A stretch of 64,000 bases of DNA from Octopus bimaculoides (Eukaryota): the NCBI RefSeq assembly GCF_001194135.2, contig NC_068982.1:150387248-150451247 (forward strand), in the 5' to 3' direction. This document shows positions 63,646 through 64,000 of this stretch, one piece after another (position 1 is the first letter of the stretch; each line of letters starts with the position of its first letter). Made by a program: the position numbers and the translations under genes. Below the pieces are notes generated by a model. That model did no database searches, had not been told where the DNA came from, and saw only the letters and a list, made by a program, of their open reading frames with translations.

Positions 63646-64000
63646 TTAGCCAGAGGGGAAGCAGATAAGGAAAGATTTGCCAATGTTCTGCGCTGTGAGG
63701 ACCAAAGACTCGAGGTATTTCGTGTTGCAAGACAGTGTAGGAGAGAGAATAGTGATGTTGTAGGAGAGAAATGTGTTCGCATGGATGATGGTACGCTTGC
63801 ATTAAATGAGGATGCAAAGAAAGAGGTCTGGAGATGCCACTACGATAGATTGCTTAATAAAGAGAATGAATGGGAGAAAGAGAGCCTGCCGTATGTCGAC
63901 CCAATAGAGGGACCAGCTATCCGAGTTGATAGTACCAGGGTAGATAAAGCAATTAAGAGTATGAAGACCGGGAAAGCCCCCGGCCCATCAGGAATCACTG
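63646..64000 (+). mobile_element. Relatively young RTE LINE, open frame running off the window
   Basis: 118 stop-free codons: ..VFRVARQC..DVVGEKCVRMDDG..WRCHYDRLLN..VDKAIKSMKTGKAPGPSGIT (RT N-terminal KAPG motif). Confidence 0.85.

Overview
This is AT-rich, repeat-dense animal genomic DNA with four N gaps. The SINE/LINE families suggest a coleoid cephalopod, probably Octopus; that is inferred from recognising the repeats, not from a search. I can support one host gene: a two-exon Rab39-type small GTPase on the minus strand (CDS 50998-50781 + 17123-16697, 214 aa, C-terminal CC) with a 33.7-kb phase-2 intron. The rest is largely transposon debris. DNA transposons include a complete but dead piggyBac (TTAA target sites) inside the Rab39 intron, two Merlin/IS1595-like transposase relics plus a non-autonomous Merlin partner, a Tc1 DD34E element, two mariner relics and several MITEs. 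Retroelements include RTE, R4/Dong-like and CR1/L2-group LINE pieces and several tRNA-derived SINE families. There is no rRNA, true tRNA gene or CRISPR. I found no unambiguous new biological system. The best leads are (1) a Merlin family with an ATG and a splice-acceptor-like site right at its terminus, (2) a palindromic MITE with a head-to-head telomere-repeat core, (3) a piggyBac acceptor in frame with Rab39 exon 1, and (4) inverted SINE pairs in the Rab39 pre-mRNA. Repeat boundaries without a stated TIR/TSD are approximate.
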